From the NCBI GenBank assembly GCA_039809245.1, contig JBDHUP010000001.1:30934-94933 (forward strand): a DNA stretch of 64,000 bases, given 5' to 3'. This stretch comes from Minisyncoccia bacterium. GTDB lineage: Bacteria > Patescibacteriota > Minisyncoccia > Phycocordibacterales > UBA9973. Below are positions 18,661-28,973 of this stretch, piece by piece; the stretch's first letter is position 1; each line of letters opens with the position of its first letter. The position numbers and the translations under genes were made by a program. The notes under the pieces are model-generated. The model worked only from the letters and a program-made list of their open reading frames with translations. It did no database searches and was not told the DNA's origin.

Positions 18661-19500
18661 CTAAATGTCAAAAACGCGTTTAGCGTTCGCGATTATAGCT
18701 TCAGCCACTTCAGCCTCTGATAAACCCTTAATTTGAGCTATTTTTTTGACTACTTCGGATACATATATAGGTTCGTTACGCTTGCCTCTGTGAGGTGCTG
18801 GGGTCACGTACGGTGCATCTGTCTCGGACATTATCATGTCTAGTGGTGTCATCTTTATAACCTCATCATAGCTACTAGCAAATGTTATTACTCCGGTGAA
18901 AGAAAGAGTGAACCCGAAATCCAAGAAGCCTTGAGCATCATCTACGCTACCGGCAAAGAAGTGAACATCACCTTTTACTTTTGAATACTGCTTCAATATT
19001 TCAAGTGCGTCAGAATAAGCATTGCGACTTTTATCTTCTGGATTATTACGAATATGGAGCATCAAAGGCTTTCCTACTTCATTTGCTACTTCTATCTGCT
19101 CTATGAAAGCTTTCTTTTGTTTTTCTATTGATTCTTCTTCTAAGCGAAAGTAATCCAAGCCGCACTCACCAATACCGATAACTTTCTCATCTCTACAGAG
19201 TTCTATATATTTTTCTTTATCAAAAACTTCTCCTCGTGAAGTGAACTCTTTACCACCTTCCCCTAGCTCTTTCTCGTCGTGGTATGACGCTCCTGTGTGA
19301 ATCGGATGGAGACCTATGATTGCATATACTCCCTCTTCATACTGATGTGCTATCTCTACTGCTTTCCTAGAAGTATCTATCTGTGTACCCACATTTATAA
19401 CCCAAGTATCATTTTTAAGCGCACGCCCAATAACTTCATCTCGATCCTCGTCGAACGCCTTAAAATTCACATGCGAATGTATGTCTATGTATTTCGGCAT
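18661..19500 (-). CDS. TatD-family metal-dependent hydrolase
   Basis: 279 aa. IDIHSHVNF near the N-terminus, GECGLDY, EIGLD-type motifs. Confidence 0.8.
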   Translation of the reverse strand: MPKYIDIHSHVNFKAFDEDRDEVIGRALKNDTWVINVGTQIDTSRKAVEIAHQYEEGVYAIIGLHPIHTGASYHDEKELGEGGKEFTSRGEVFDKEKYIELCRDEKVIGIGECGLDYFRLEEESIEKQKKAFIEQIEVANEVGKPLMLHIRNNPEDKSRNAYSDALEILKQYSKVKGDVHFFAGSVDDAQGFLDFGFTLSFTGVITFASSYDEVIKMTPLDMIMSETDAPYVTPAPHRGKRNEPIYVSEVVKKIAQIKGLSEAEVAEAIIANAKRVFDI

Positions 19501-19501
19501 A

Positions 19502-20944
19502 CTAATCTTTTCTTGCGAATAATGGTTGCTCAGGTTTTTTGTTTGCTTTAATTAATGCTTTCAGTTTTATGTTCGTCTCTGGGAGTATTGGGTTGAGCAT
19601 TCGAGCGACTTGGTACAAACGAAGAACTAAGTCAGTCATTAGTTTCTTTCCTTTCTCTTCATCTACTTTTACAACTTTGAATGGTTCAGTTTCTTGAATA
19701 GTTTTATCTAACTCTTGTATTTCATTCCAGATATAATCTGTGACTTTTTTCAAATCAAAAGTCTCATACATTTTAAAGTATTCAGTAAAGTCTGATCTCT
19801 CTGGTATTTCTGGGCAAGCATCTAAATATTTCTCTGACAAAGTTAAAATGCGAGAAGAAAGGTTCCCTATACCATTTGCAAGACCAGAATTGTAGGATTC
19901 CTTAAATCGCTCCATAGTAAAAGGGCTGTCTTCAAATGCTGAGAGCTCGCGTAATACGAAGTAGCGCAGAGCTTCTGTCCCATACTCTTCTACTACATCA
20001 TATGGGTTAATAACATTACCTATGGACTTGGACATTTTTATACCACCTTCACCAGTAATAAAGCCATTTATGACTATTTGCTTCGAGTTTGGCAGACCTG
20101 CAGCCATAAGCATCGCTTGCCACATAGCTGACTGTTGACGAAGATTATCCTTACCACAGTATTGAGTCGGCGTGCCATCTATCCAGTATTTCTTGAACTG
20201 TTCTTCATTCTCAGGCCAACCAATAGTCGAGATATAATTCACAAGTGCATCGAACCATACATACATAACATGCTCACTATCCCCTGGAACAGGCACTCCC
20301 CAAGACATTTTCGAAGCAAGGCGAGAGATAGAGAAATCCTCAAGGCCTGAAGCAACGAATGCCTTTATTTCATTGAAACGAAAATCTGGAATAACAAAAG
20401 TTGGATTCTTCTCATAGAATTCTAAAAGTGGTTTTTGGAAGGCTGAGAATTTAAAAAAGTAATTCTCTTCGTCAATAAGTTCAACTGGTTTACCAGGGTG
20501 AATTGGGCACTCACCTTTATCATTTAACTCTGAATCTGTTTTCTCAAGTTCACAGCCTACGCAATACTTAGTCTGGTATGCTTTCTTATATATATAACCA
20601 TTATCATTACATCGCTTCCAGAATTCCTGAGCCGCTGTTATATGGTGAGCGTCTGTTGTACGAATAAAGTGCACATCGTCTGATATACCAAGTAAGCTTT
20701 TCAAACCTCGGAATCTCTCAGCAAACCCATCGACATATTCTTGTACATCTTTCCCTTCTGTACGAGCCGCAGTTAAAAGCTTCTGACCATGCTCATCTGT
20801 CCCGGTATTGAAAAATACATCAAAGCCATCAAGCTTCTTTGCTCGAGCTATAACATCGGCTCTTATTATTTCCATAGCAAAACCGACATGTGGATCAGCA
20901 TTCACATATGGAAGTGTTGTAGTAATATAGAAACTTTTTGACAT
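19502..20944 (-). CDS. metG: Methionyl-tRNA synthetase, minimal form without the C-terminal tRNA-binding domain
   Basis: 480 aa. PYVNADPHVGFA is a HIGH-type motif. KMSKSIGN. One CxxC...C...H knuckle. Confidence 0.9.
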   Translation of the reverse strand: MSKSFYITTTLPYVNADPHVGFAMEIIRADVIARAKKLDGFDVFFNTGTDEHGQKLLTAARTEGKDVQEYVDGFAERFRGLKSLLGISDDVHFIRTTDAHHITAAQEFWKRCNDNGYIYKKAYQTKYCVGCELEKTDSELNDKGECPIHPGKPVELIDEENYFFKFSAFQKPLLEFYEKNPTFVIPDFRFNEIKAFVASGLEDFSISRLASKMSWGVPVPGDSEHVMYVWFDALVNYISTIGWPENEEQFKKYWIDGTPTQYCGKDNLRQQSAMWQAMLMAAGLPNSKQIVINGFITGEGGIKMSKSIGNVINPYDVVEEYGTEALRYFVLRELSAFEDSPFTMERFKESYNSGLANGIGNLSSRILTLSEKYLDACPEIPERSDFTEYFKMYETFDLKKVTDYIWNEIQELDKTIQETEPFKVVKVDEEKGKKLMTDLVLRLYQVARMLNPILPETNIKLKALIKANKKPEQPLFARKD

Positions 20945-20945
20945 A

Positions 20946-22013
20946 TTAACTTAATTTCGCTTGAACTTTCTTTTTCTCTAGATCGTCGGTAAACTCAAGG
21001 ATAGCTACAGCACATGGGATAGCAAGTATCACCCCCCAGAACCCAGCAAGAGTTCCTCCTACTAGAAGAGAAATAATGACTACAAGAGGAGAGATCCCAG
21101 TTGCCCTTCTGACTATCAACGGATAAATGAGGTAAGTTTCAAACTGTCCAAGTACTAGATACATCAATGCTGTAATAGCTGCGATAGTTACTCCTCCATC
21201 AAGATAGGCAAATATAATTCCTGGAATTGTAGCGAGTATCAGTCCAAACGGCACAAGCTCAGCAACTATAACTAGTAGAGCAAGAACTAAAGAATATTTA
21301 ACGCCAATTATAGTTAATCCTAAATATGTAAGCATTCCGACTATTACCCCCATCAGCATCTGACCTTGAATCCATAAACCAATCTTGTGCTCAGTCCTTA
21401 ACCATAACCCTATAATGTACTCTTCGTGGGTTGCTGGAGTAATAATACGCAAGAAGCTTTCTACCCCACGCTCTGTAACAGATAAATAGAATGACACAAC
21501 CATAATCAATAGCAGGTTAACAACTCCACCGAAAGCAGCTCCAAAAATATTAAAGAATCCACCAGAAAGACTTGAGACTAAACCTTTAGTGCTATTTATC
21601 ACATCTCCAAGTGAAGCATTGTGAGATATAGTAGTAACAATTCCTTGAGCTCCTGAAATTGCTCCTGGTTGAAATGTATTTAATATACTACTCTCAGGAA
21701 TGTACTGACCAAGCTGGGTTACCAGAGTCGACATTTCTGAAACAAAAACTGGAACAAAGACAGAAAGCAGTCCAATAATAACAGCAAATGAACAGAAATA
21801 AATTAAAAATACTGCTAAAGTTCTGTTCTTTATATACTTCTTCATTTTTTTAACAGCGAACCCAATAAAGGATGCTATTACAATAGAAGTCAGAATTATA
21901 AGAATAATGTTTGTAAGCTTAAATAATGCTAGTACAAATATACCAAAGAGAATAACTCTAATAATAGAGCCATTTGATATAGAGATTATGGAGCTTTGAG
22001 CACTTTTATCCAT
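20946..22013 (-). CDS. AI-2E (PerM/UPF0118) family membrane transporter
   Basis: 355 aa, about 8 TM helices, family-typical hydropathy and conserved Gly-rich helices. Confidence 0.55.
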   Translation of the reverse strand: MDKSAQSSIISISNGSIIRVILFGIFVLALFKLTNIILIILTSIVIASFIGFAVKKMKKYIKNRTLAVFLIYFCSFAVIIGLLSVFVPVFVSEMSTLVTQLGQYIPESSILNTFQPGAISGAQGIVTTISHNASLGDVINSTKGLVSSLSGGFFNIFGAAFGGVVNLLLIMVVSFYLSVTERGVESFLRIITPATHEEYIIGLWLRTEHKIGLWIQGQMLMGVIVGMLTYLGLTIIGVKYSLVLALLVIVAELVPFGLILATIPGIIFAYLDGGVTIAAITALMYLVLGQFETYLIYPLIVRRATGISPLVVIISLLVGGTLAGFWGVILAIPCAVAILEFTDDLEKKKVQAKLS

Positions 22014-22046
22014 AAAGCCATTTTAGCATATTATGCCAATTTATAG

Positions 22047-23318
22047 CTAGAATTTAAGGTGCTTTGCAAAATATGACTTATCTTTAAATGGTCCTATAAG
22101 AGCCAGGTTTAAGTTCTTAGTTTGGAAGACCTCTTTTGCAACTTTCATTATAGCTTCTGGAGTCACATTGTTTATATCTTTTATCTTCTCATTTAAAGTT
22201 TTAATATTTTTACGCATTAACTCTTGTGAACCATAAAAGTTTGCTATATCATCAGTGGCTTCAAGGGAGAGCTTTGTGTTGCCAATCATGAATGACTTAA
22301 CTTTTGAAAGTTCTTTCCCGCTTACCTTCTCCTTAGTTAATCTTGAACATTCTTTCAATATCTCTTTTATGACTTCTAGCGTTCTATTATTACTAACTCC
22401 AGCTGATACTTGGAAAGAACCATGGTCGAGCGATGGCTCATTATAGGCACGGACATAGTATGCAACTCCAAGCTCTTCACGAAGCTTTATAAAAAGTCGT
22501 GAGCTCATACCTGCTCCGAGTAGAGCAGACATAACTGACAAAGTAACATTTCTTTTATCATTAATTGGAAAAGTCCTAACTCCAAGTACGAAGTGCGTCT
22601 GATCTGTAACTTTATTCTTAATTAAAATATTTGGCTTTGTTTGTATATCTTTTGTTTTTACTTTTCCAACCTTCTTACCTGTATGAACATCACCGAAATG
22701 TTTAGTTACTTCTTTACTGACTTCAGTACTACTTATATTACCCGCTACAACTATAACAGTTGCACCTGCAACATAATGCTCAGATTTATATTTAACGAAT
22801 TGCTCACGAGTCATAGCTTTTACATTCTCTCTAGTTCCTGCGATATTCCATCCTGCTGGTTGATCACCGTATAGAACTTCTTGGAATAAATCTTGGACAT
22901 GACTCTGTGGCATATCTTCGTACATATTTATCTCTTCGACTATTACCCCCTTCTCTTTCTGCATCTCTTTCTCTGGGAAAGTAGAGTTTAAATAAATATC
23001 CGAAATGACATCAAAGATTTTCTTGAAGTTCTTTGCATCACTCTTAGCATAATACCCTGTCATCTCATGAGAAGTGAAAGCATTATACTGACAACCTAAA
23101 GCATCTAGCTCGTGTGATATAGCTTGAGCTGATGGTCTCCTGGTAGTACCTTTAAAGCACATATGCTCAAGAAAGTGCGATATACCATTATTCTTTTTTG
23201 TCTCATAGTTGCTCCCTGTACCAACTAGGACAAGGACGGTCACTGTCGGATTATCTTTCATAGGCACAGTCACTATTCGTAGACCATTCTTTAATGTTTT
23301 CTTTTTCGGATTTTGCAT
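22047..23318 (-). CDS. M16-family (insulinase/pitrilysin-like) zinc peptidase
   Basis: 423 aa. Inverted zinc motif HFLEHMCFKGT (HxxEH). Confidence 0.75.
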   Translation of the reverse strand: MQNPKKKTLKNGLRIVTVPMKDNPTVTVLVLVGTGSNYETKKNNGISHFLEHMCFKGTTRRPSAQAISHELDALGCQYNAFTSHEMTGYYAKSDAKNFKKIFDVISDIYLNSTFPEKEMQKEKGVIVEEINMYEDMPQSHVQDLFQEVLYGDQPAGWNIAGTRENVKAMTREQFVKYKSEHYVAGATVIVVAGNISSTEVSKEVTKHFGDVHTGKKVGKVKTKDIQTKPNILIKNKVTDQTHFVLGVRTFPINDKRNVTLSVMSALLGAGMSSRLFIKLREELGVAYYVRAYNEPSLDHGSFQVSAGVSNNRTLEVIKEILKECSRLTKEKVSGKELSKVKSFMIGNTKLSLEATDDIANFYGSQELMRKNIKTLNEKIKDINNVTPEAIMKVAKEVFQTKNLNLALIGPFKDKSYFAKHLKF

Positions 23319-24616
23319 TAATTCAATCTATCTTTTATATAATCAATTATCTCACCTTTTTTTACTCTCTCTTGCATACCTGTATCGCGATCTCGGATAG
23401 TCACTGAATCATCTGTAAGAGTATCGAAGTCTATTACTATACACCAAGGTGTACCTATCTCATCTTGTCTTCTATATCGCTTACCAATATTACCATTATC
23501 ATCCCACATGACTCGGCCAAACTCAGTTTTAAGCATCCCATATACTACATGAGCTTCATTTACAAGCTCAGGTTTATTCTTCAGTAATGGCGATACAGCG
23601 CAGATAACCGGAGCCATACTAGGCTTGAAAGATAAGTAGCTTCGAGTTTCTTCATTCTGTGTATCTTCTTTATAAGCTGATATGAGTAGAGCAAGTAACA
23701 TTCTATCTACGCCCATAGAAGGTTCTATAACATGGGGAACAATCTTTTCTTTTGCTTCCTCGTCTATATAATCAAGCTTATGGTTATCTAAATCGAAACT
23801 TCCTCGATAAGCAAGTCCTAGAAGTTCTTTCTGACCAAATGGGAAGTCAAACTCGAAATCAATCGTACGTTTAGAGTAATGAGCGCGGTCATTGTCCCCT
23901 ACTTCAATCTCATGAAGCATGCTCATATCGAGTCCAAGTTCTTCGACAAACTCATTCACAACATCTCTCCAATACACGAAATACTTTTCCCAATCTTCTG
24001 GGCGAATAAAGTATTCGACTTCCATCTGCTCCATTTCACGAACTCGGAAGACAAAGTCTCGAGGAGTTATCTCGTTTCGAAATGCTTTACCAATCTGAGC
24101 GATTCCAAAAGGTAGCTTTGGATGGAAAGAATCGACGATATTTTTAAAATTAACGAACACTCCTTGAGCAGTCTCTGGACGTAGGTATACCGTCGCCGAT
24201 GAATCTTCTACAGCACCTATCTTAGTAGAGAACATCATATTGAATTGACGTGACTCACCTAGTGCTCCTTTGCAATCAGGGCATACTCTAGGATCATCAA
24301 GCTGGTCAGCACGAAAACGGTGGTGGCACTTACTACACTCCACAAGTGGATCGGAAAATCCAGCGACGTGGCCAGACGCCTCCCAGACTTTTGAGCTCAT
24401 AAGGATGCTCGCATCAACTTCATACATATCTGTACGTGATGATACGAACTTTTTGCGCCAAGCATCTTTAATATTATTCTTAAGAGCTACTCCGAGTGGT
24501 CCGTAATCCCAAGTCCCCGCAAGTCCTCCGTATATTTCAGAACCTTGATAGACGAAACCTCTGCGCTTAGCAAGCGAGATTATTTTTTCCATTAAATTAT
24601 TTTCTTCTTTTGACAT
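23318..24616 (-). CDS. glyQS: Glycyl-tRNA synthetase, alpha2 dimeric (class IIa) type
   Basis: 432 aa. FRNEITPRDFVFRVREMEQMEVEYF is motif 2. GRYRRQDEIGTPWCIVIDFDTL is the anticodon-binding region. Contains a CxxC...CxxC knuckle near the N-terminus. Confidence 0.85.
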   Translation of the reverse strand: MSKEENNLMEKIISLAKRRGFVYQGSEIYGGLAGTWDYGPLGVALKNNIKDAWRKKFVSSRTDMYEVDASILMSSKVWEASGHVAGFSDPLVECSKCHHRFRADQLDDPRVCPDCKGALGESRQFNMMFSTKIGAVEDSSATVYLRPETAQGVFVNFKNIVDSFHPKLPFGIAQIGKAFRNEITPRDFVFRVREMEQMEVEYFIRPEDWEKYFVYWRDVVNEFVEELGLDMSMLHEIEVGDNDRAHYSKRTIDFEFDFPFGQKELLGLAYRGSFDLDNHKLDYIDEEAKEKIVPHVIEPSMGVDRMLLALLISAYKEDTQNEETRSYLSFKPSMAPVICAVSPLLKNKPELVNEAHVVYGMLKTEFGRVMWDDNGNIGKRYRRQDEIGTPWCIVIDFDTLTDDSVTIRDRDTGMQERVKKGEIIDYIKDRLN

Positions 24617-24621
24617 AAATA

Positions 24622-26523
24622 TTATTCAACAACTCTCTCGTTCCCGTATTGGAAATTCTGATCACTTGTAATTAAAGTAGTAATAGGACCTCTTGAACTC
24701 TTTACAACTGTATTAGTAAATGAATCTGTTCCTGAAAGGAAAACATCTTTCATAAGTTGTGGCACACTTCCAACTTGAGCAAGTGATGGTTTAAGAGCAA
24801 CCATAAATGAAACTTCTCGACTAGTCTCGAGTCCTGTATATGAGCGAACCGTTCCTATGTCCCACACTACTTCCCGAGTAGTGGCATTATATGCTACTTT
24901 CTCTATAGATCCAGGCTTAGGTCCTACCCAAGTCACATATATAGGAAGTATTGAACGAGCCTGAGCTTGGTTAACTGTATTAGCAGAATTTGAAAGTGTC
25001 CATGTTATTGTATACGTTGTTTCCGATTCAGCTTTTGGAGGCAAAGGACCAGAAGTAAAGCTAGCAGAAGAAGCGATCTGGAAATCTGAAACTATCTTCA
25101 CTATCTTTTTAGCAAAGTTATTTACATCACTAAATGTTGAACCAACAGAAGGCTGATTGCCTTTTATACTTACATCTAGTTCCACTTGTGGATCCTTTAT
25201 AGTATTTGAAGCTCCTATGAGTGACTTCGGTTTGAAATTAAATGAGACAACTCCACTAGCCCCAGGCTCGATACTTCCAAGTTCAGGAATAGTATTCTTG
25301 TCCCAAATTATTCTATTGTTTGATGAATCATAAAATCCTTCACGTGGATTGACTGTACTCTTATCAAATGCATTTCCAGACATATTCACGATAATTTGCG
25401 CATCGGTAATACGAGTTGAAAGATTATTAACCCAAGAAATCTCAGAACTTACAGATTCTCCTCCTGAAGCTGTGTATGTAGGTAGGTTCTGTCCGTTTAC
25501 TAATATGCGTGCTTCTAAGAACGGCTTAGTTATAGTCACAGTTTGAAGGAGTGAAGTATAGACAACATTCACCACAGATAAATCTGTTGGACTGGTAGTC
25601 CCAGCGTAGACGTGGAATACCTGCTGGTCTCCATCCTGGCCTATAAGGCGACCTTTAACTGTAATCTGCACAGGGTTAGCTTGAGTCAGAGAAGCCAAAC
25701 TCCAAACACTCTGACCGATAGTTGGCTGGGGTGTAGCACTGTCGAAAACGAAGTTAGGAGGATAAGTAACTTGTAGCATTGTTGTCTCCTGAGGAAGGCT
25801 TGTGTTTAGAGTTGCATTAATAGTGAATGAGACAAGCTGGTTAGATGTAGCTTGATCTGGAGCATCAATACGAAGAGAAAGTGGAGCAGAACTTATCGTG
25901 ACTTGGTATTCTTTATCTTTAGTAAAGATGGCATTTGATCCCTCTGGGTGATATTGCAGACTAATCTTTACATTGCGGACCGACTTCTCATCCCCAAAGA
26001 GGCTAACTTTTACATTACGAGTGATGCTCTGACCTTTCTTTATAGTTCCTATAGTCTCACGAGGTAGCCTAATTACGTCACTAGCATTATCACTAGCGCC
26101 ACGTGGGTACTCGATTAATAAGTCAGCAAGTTCGAGGTCAGCATTATTACGATTTGTTATCTCAATTTGTAGTGGTAGTTCATCGCCTCCTTTTGTAAAC
26201 GCATTCCCGAGCACAGTAATGTCGATATTATCACTCGATACTGATATACCTCCAGTGGTATACATATAGAAAGCAAACCCAATGGCTCCGATGAAAAAGA
26301 TAACTGATATTACAAAGAATTTCTTGAAGAATGATGTTTTCGGCTTTTTGATTGTGGTATTCATTGACGAGTTTTCTGACTTAACATCTTCTTTCCATTC
26401 ATTGGCGACTTTGAAGTTTTGTGGATGGAGGACTCCCTCGTGTCGACGATCGACACCTGTATCTTTCGGATCATAGAGACGACGCTTAATGTCCTCAATT
26501 TTATTGTGATCTTCTTCTAACAT
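24622..26523 (-). CDS. Hypothetical membrane-anchored, beta-rich surface protein
   Basis: 633 aa. A TM helix (FFKKFFVISVIFFIGAIGFAFYMY) lies after a charged N-terminus. The long Ser/Thr/Asn-rich ectodomain is predicted all-beta. Confidence 0.45.
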   Translation of the reverse strand: MLEEDHNKIEDIKRRLYDPKDTGVDRRHEGVLHPQNFKVANEWKEDVKSENSSMNTTIKKPKTSFFKKFFVISVIFFIGAIGFAFYMYTTGGISVSSDNIDITVLGNAFTKGGDELPLQIEITNRNNADLELADLLIEYPRGASDNASDVIRLPRETIGTIKKGQSITRNVKVSLFGDEKSVRNVKISLQYHPEGSNAIFTKDKEYQVTISSAPLSLRIDAPDQATSNQLVSFTINATLNTSLPQETTMLQVTYPPNFVFDSATPQPTIGQSVWSLASLTQANPVQITVKGRLIGQDGDQQVFHVYAGTTSPTDLSVVNVVYTSLLQTVTITKPFLEARILVNGQNLPTYTASGGESVSSEISWVNNLSTRITDAQIIVNMSGNAFDKSTVNPREGFYDSSNNRIIWDKNTIPELGSIEPGASGVVSFNFKPKSLIGASNTIKDPQVELDVSIKGNQPSVGSTFSDVNNFAKKIVKIVSDFQIASSASFTSGPLPPKAESETTYTITWTLSNSANTVNQAQARSILPIYVTWVGPKPGSIEKVAYNATTREVVWDIGTVRSYTGLETSREVSFMVALKPSLAQVGSVPQLMKDVFLSGTDSFTNTVVKSSRGPITTLITSDQNFQYGNERVVE

Positions 26524-26549
26524 ATAGGTTTTATTATAGCATAAGAATG

Positions 26550-27134
26550 CTAAAGGTGGCTCTCGTTTAAGGCTTTATTTATATGGGCTATTATTGACTG
26601 TCGCTCTTTTAAAAGGTTATCTGTTTCGATTGTAGAAAATTCAGCTTCTAAGTATCGTGCAAGTGCTCCTGACTCACCTATGTAACCGAGGGTATTCATA
26701 ATGCGTAGGACTAGGTGAAGCTCTAGCGCTGTGCGAGTCTCGTTTGATGTATTCGGATCATCAAGTAAATATAGCGCTTGGATAAAGTCGTTGAAAATCT
26801 TCTCGTGGGCTTCTTCCCCATCGCATAACCTTTCAATAAGTTTACTTATGCGAGCAATTAACAAAAGAGATTGTCTATCAGAACGTGCGTAAGGAAATGA
26901 ATTGGCAGTTGTCGCCGATGTTACCCTCCATATATCCCTACCGCGGACTAGGTCAACTTGTGCATAAGCAAAATCTTGTAAAGCAAAACGAAGTTTAGAT
27001 TTATTCAGTCGTACTCCTTGAGCAACTGCTCGCACCAAACCCATCTCTTTCGTATAAATTAGAAAAAGTTTATTCGCCTCGCCCATATTACGCGAACTCG
27101 TTATAAATCCATTTGTGTGATAAATGTGGTGCAT
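26550..27134 (-). CDS. recO: DNA repair protein RecO (probable)
   Basis: 194 aa. The N-terminal OB-fold pattern GFITSSRNMGEANKLFLIYTKEMGLVRAVAQGVRLNKSKL matches the RecO N-terminus. Helical C-terminal half. No zinc finger. Confidence 0.45.
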   Translation of the reverse strand: MHHIYHTNGFITSSRNMGEANKLFLIYTKEMGLVRAVAQGVRLNKSKLRFALQDFAYAQVDLVRGRDIWRVTSATTANSFPYARSDRQSLLLIARISKLIERLCDGEEAHEKIFNDFIQALYLLDDPNTSNETRTALELHLVLRIMNTLGYIGESGALARYLEAEFSTIETDNLLKERQSIIAHINKALNESHL

Positions 27135-27775
27135 TAAATTTCTTCTTCTTTTCCTATTTCTAAAACTTTAAATTCAATTCCGTTTTTGGGCAACACAATT
27201 GAAGGTACTCGGTGTGCGGTGCCAAAGTTTGGTGCAAGCATCCCATCATGGACTGGGAAACATAAACGTGGTTTTAACTCTAATGCATATTTGATAGGTG
27301 TTTTAATATTTGTCCAAGGACCTGCTACTGGCAGAGCAAGAATATCCACCTTCTTACCAGGATTTGTAAAAGCATCACCTGGGTAAAATAAATCTTTCCC
27401 AATAAAGTATCCAGTATTTTGCACTTGCCCTATTTCTTCATAAATCTCTTCATGTTTATCTCCATGGGCTTCAAAGTACACAGATTCGAGCTCTGTAGAC
27501 TGCCCATCCTCTAGTAACTTGAAAGGTATGCCATGCTCTCCAAGTAACTTACCTACTGCAGAATTTGTAATAATGTCTAGATTAGAATTATTAGAAATAA
27601 TTTTTTTAAGTGAATCAATATGGAAATGATCAGGATGCTCGTGTGTAATCACTACTATATCTATGCCAGTGTATACACTTTGCTCATCGATAGTATAACT
27701 ACCTGGATCAGTCATTATCCTTTTTCCATCTATTTCTATTACTAAACAACAGTGCCCAAGTTTCTTTATTTTCAT
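27134..27775 (-). CDS. MBL-fold metallo-hydrolase
   Basis: 213 aa. VVITHEHPDHF (HxHxDH). Confidence 0.6.
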   Translation of the reverse strand: MKIKKLGHCCLVIEIDGKRIMTDPGSYTIDEQSVYTGIDIVVITHEHPDHFHIDSLKKIISNNSNLDIITNSAVGKLLGEHGIPFKLLEDGQSTELESVYFEAHGDKHEEIYEEIGQVQNTGYFIGKDLFYPGDAFTNPGKKVDILALPVAGPWTNIKTPIKYALELKPRLCFPVHDGMLAPNFGTAHRVPSIVLPKNGIEFKVLEIGKEEEI

Positions 27776-27782
27776 AAAATTC

Positions 27783-28505
27783 TTAATTTAAGTTATTTTT
27801 CTCAGAATTGAAATCAGAGAAAGCTTTCTCCATTATTTCTCTAGTATTAAAGTCAAAAGCGTCAACTATCTCGAATATCTTGGCATTATAATTCGCAACT
27901 ATATCATCTTGAATTTTCATGTTTGTGTTTATATTTACACTTTTATCGTTTGCCGTTACTGAAAATTGATTTTTCTGACTTAAGCTAAATAATTCTTGCA
28001 AATCATGAAGTTGCTTATCTTTTGAAATGAATAATTCTTCCAGTGAATCATCAAATAGTTTCTTTATTCCTTGTAATTTTTGCAATTCAACGATTGTTAA
28101 CGTGGTGTTTTTTTCTAATTCTTCAATTTGTTTATTGAATTCGTCATGCTTTTTCTGCCAAACATCATACGGCTTAGTATCAAGCATTATTTTTGCTGCT
28201 TCTAATTGTGTATCAAGGGTTTTTATTGGAGTATCAAATAATTCATCTATCGATACTTTTTGGCTTTTATCAGATTTAGATAACTCTCTTGTTGTTATAT
28301 CCATTAATTCCTTTATTTTTGTTGTACATAAAAAGGCCTCGGAATCAATCTGGTCTTGATATCCTTTGTACTTATCAACTATTGCAACTTCACTAAAAAA
28401 ACTGCTTATAATATTCTTATAAAGATAAGCTTTTTCATTAATTTTTTCCTTAAATTTATTAAAATTGTCTTCGTTATTTTCTTGAGATAAGTTTAATCCT
28501 TCCAT
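27783..28505 (-). CDS. Hypothetical coiled-coil protein
   Basis: 240 aa, Glu/Lys-rich, heptad-like periodicity, no enzymatic motif. Confidence 0.35.
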   Translation of the reverse strand: MEGLNLSQENNEDNFNKFKEKINEKAYLYKNIISSFFSEVAIVDKYKGYQDQIDSEAFLCTTKIKELMDITTRELSKSDKSQKVSIDELFDTPIKTLDTQLEAAKIMLDTKPYDVWQKKHDEFNKQIEELEKNTTLTIVELQKLQGIKKLFDDSLEELFISKDKQLHDLQELFSLSQKNQFSVTANDKSVNINTNMKIQDDIVANYNAKIFEIVDAFDFNTREIMEKAFSDFNSEKNNLN

Positions 28506-28509
28506 ATAT

Positions 28510-28971
28510 CTATTTTACCATATTTTTGGAATCAAATTCATCTAAGTGCTTCTGTGCCTGCTCTAGAGTTTTTATTCGACATTCTTTTTTAAATCCAAAT
28601 GTATTACGAGCTTCTTCAAAAGTGGCCCACTTATATTCAAGGATTTCACCCTCTTGAATTTTAACCGTCTTATCTTTTACAATTCCAATAAAGTATTTAC
28701 ATACCCTATCTATTATTTTTCCATCAAGATTAAACTCATAACGTTCATCAATAAGTGGAACGTCTAACAATTCTATATTAGTAATTCCAGTCTCTTCTTT
28801 TAATTCACGCATAGCGATTAAAAGAGGATCTGTTTCACCTTCTTCTCGTTTTCCTTTAGGGTAACTCCAATTATTGAATTCCTTATTTTGAAAAAGTATA
28901 AGGAATTTATATTCACTTTCTTCCTTGAAAACTGTTACTACTCCATAAGCTATTTGTTCAATACGAGACAT
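28510..28971 (-). CDS. NUDIX hydrolase
   Basis: 153 aa. Nudix box GKREEGETDPLLIAMRELKEETGI (GX5EX7REUXEEXGU). The start lies 2 nt after the ileS stop. Confidence 0.75.
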   Translation of the reverse strand: MSRIEQIAYGVVTVFKEESEYKFLILFQNKEFNNWSYPKGKREEGETDPLLIAMRELKEETGITNIELLDVPLIDERYEFNLDGKIIDRVCKYFIGIVKDKTVKIQEGEILEYKWATFEEARNTFGFKKECRIKTLEQAQKHLDEFDSKNMVK

Positions 28972-28973
28972 AT

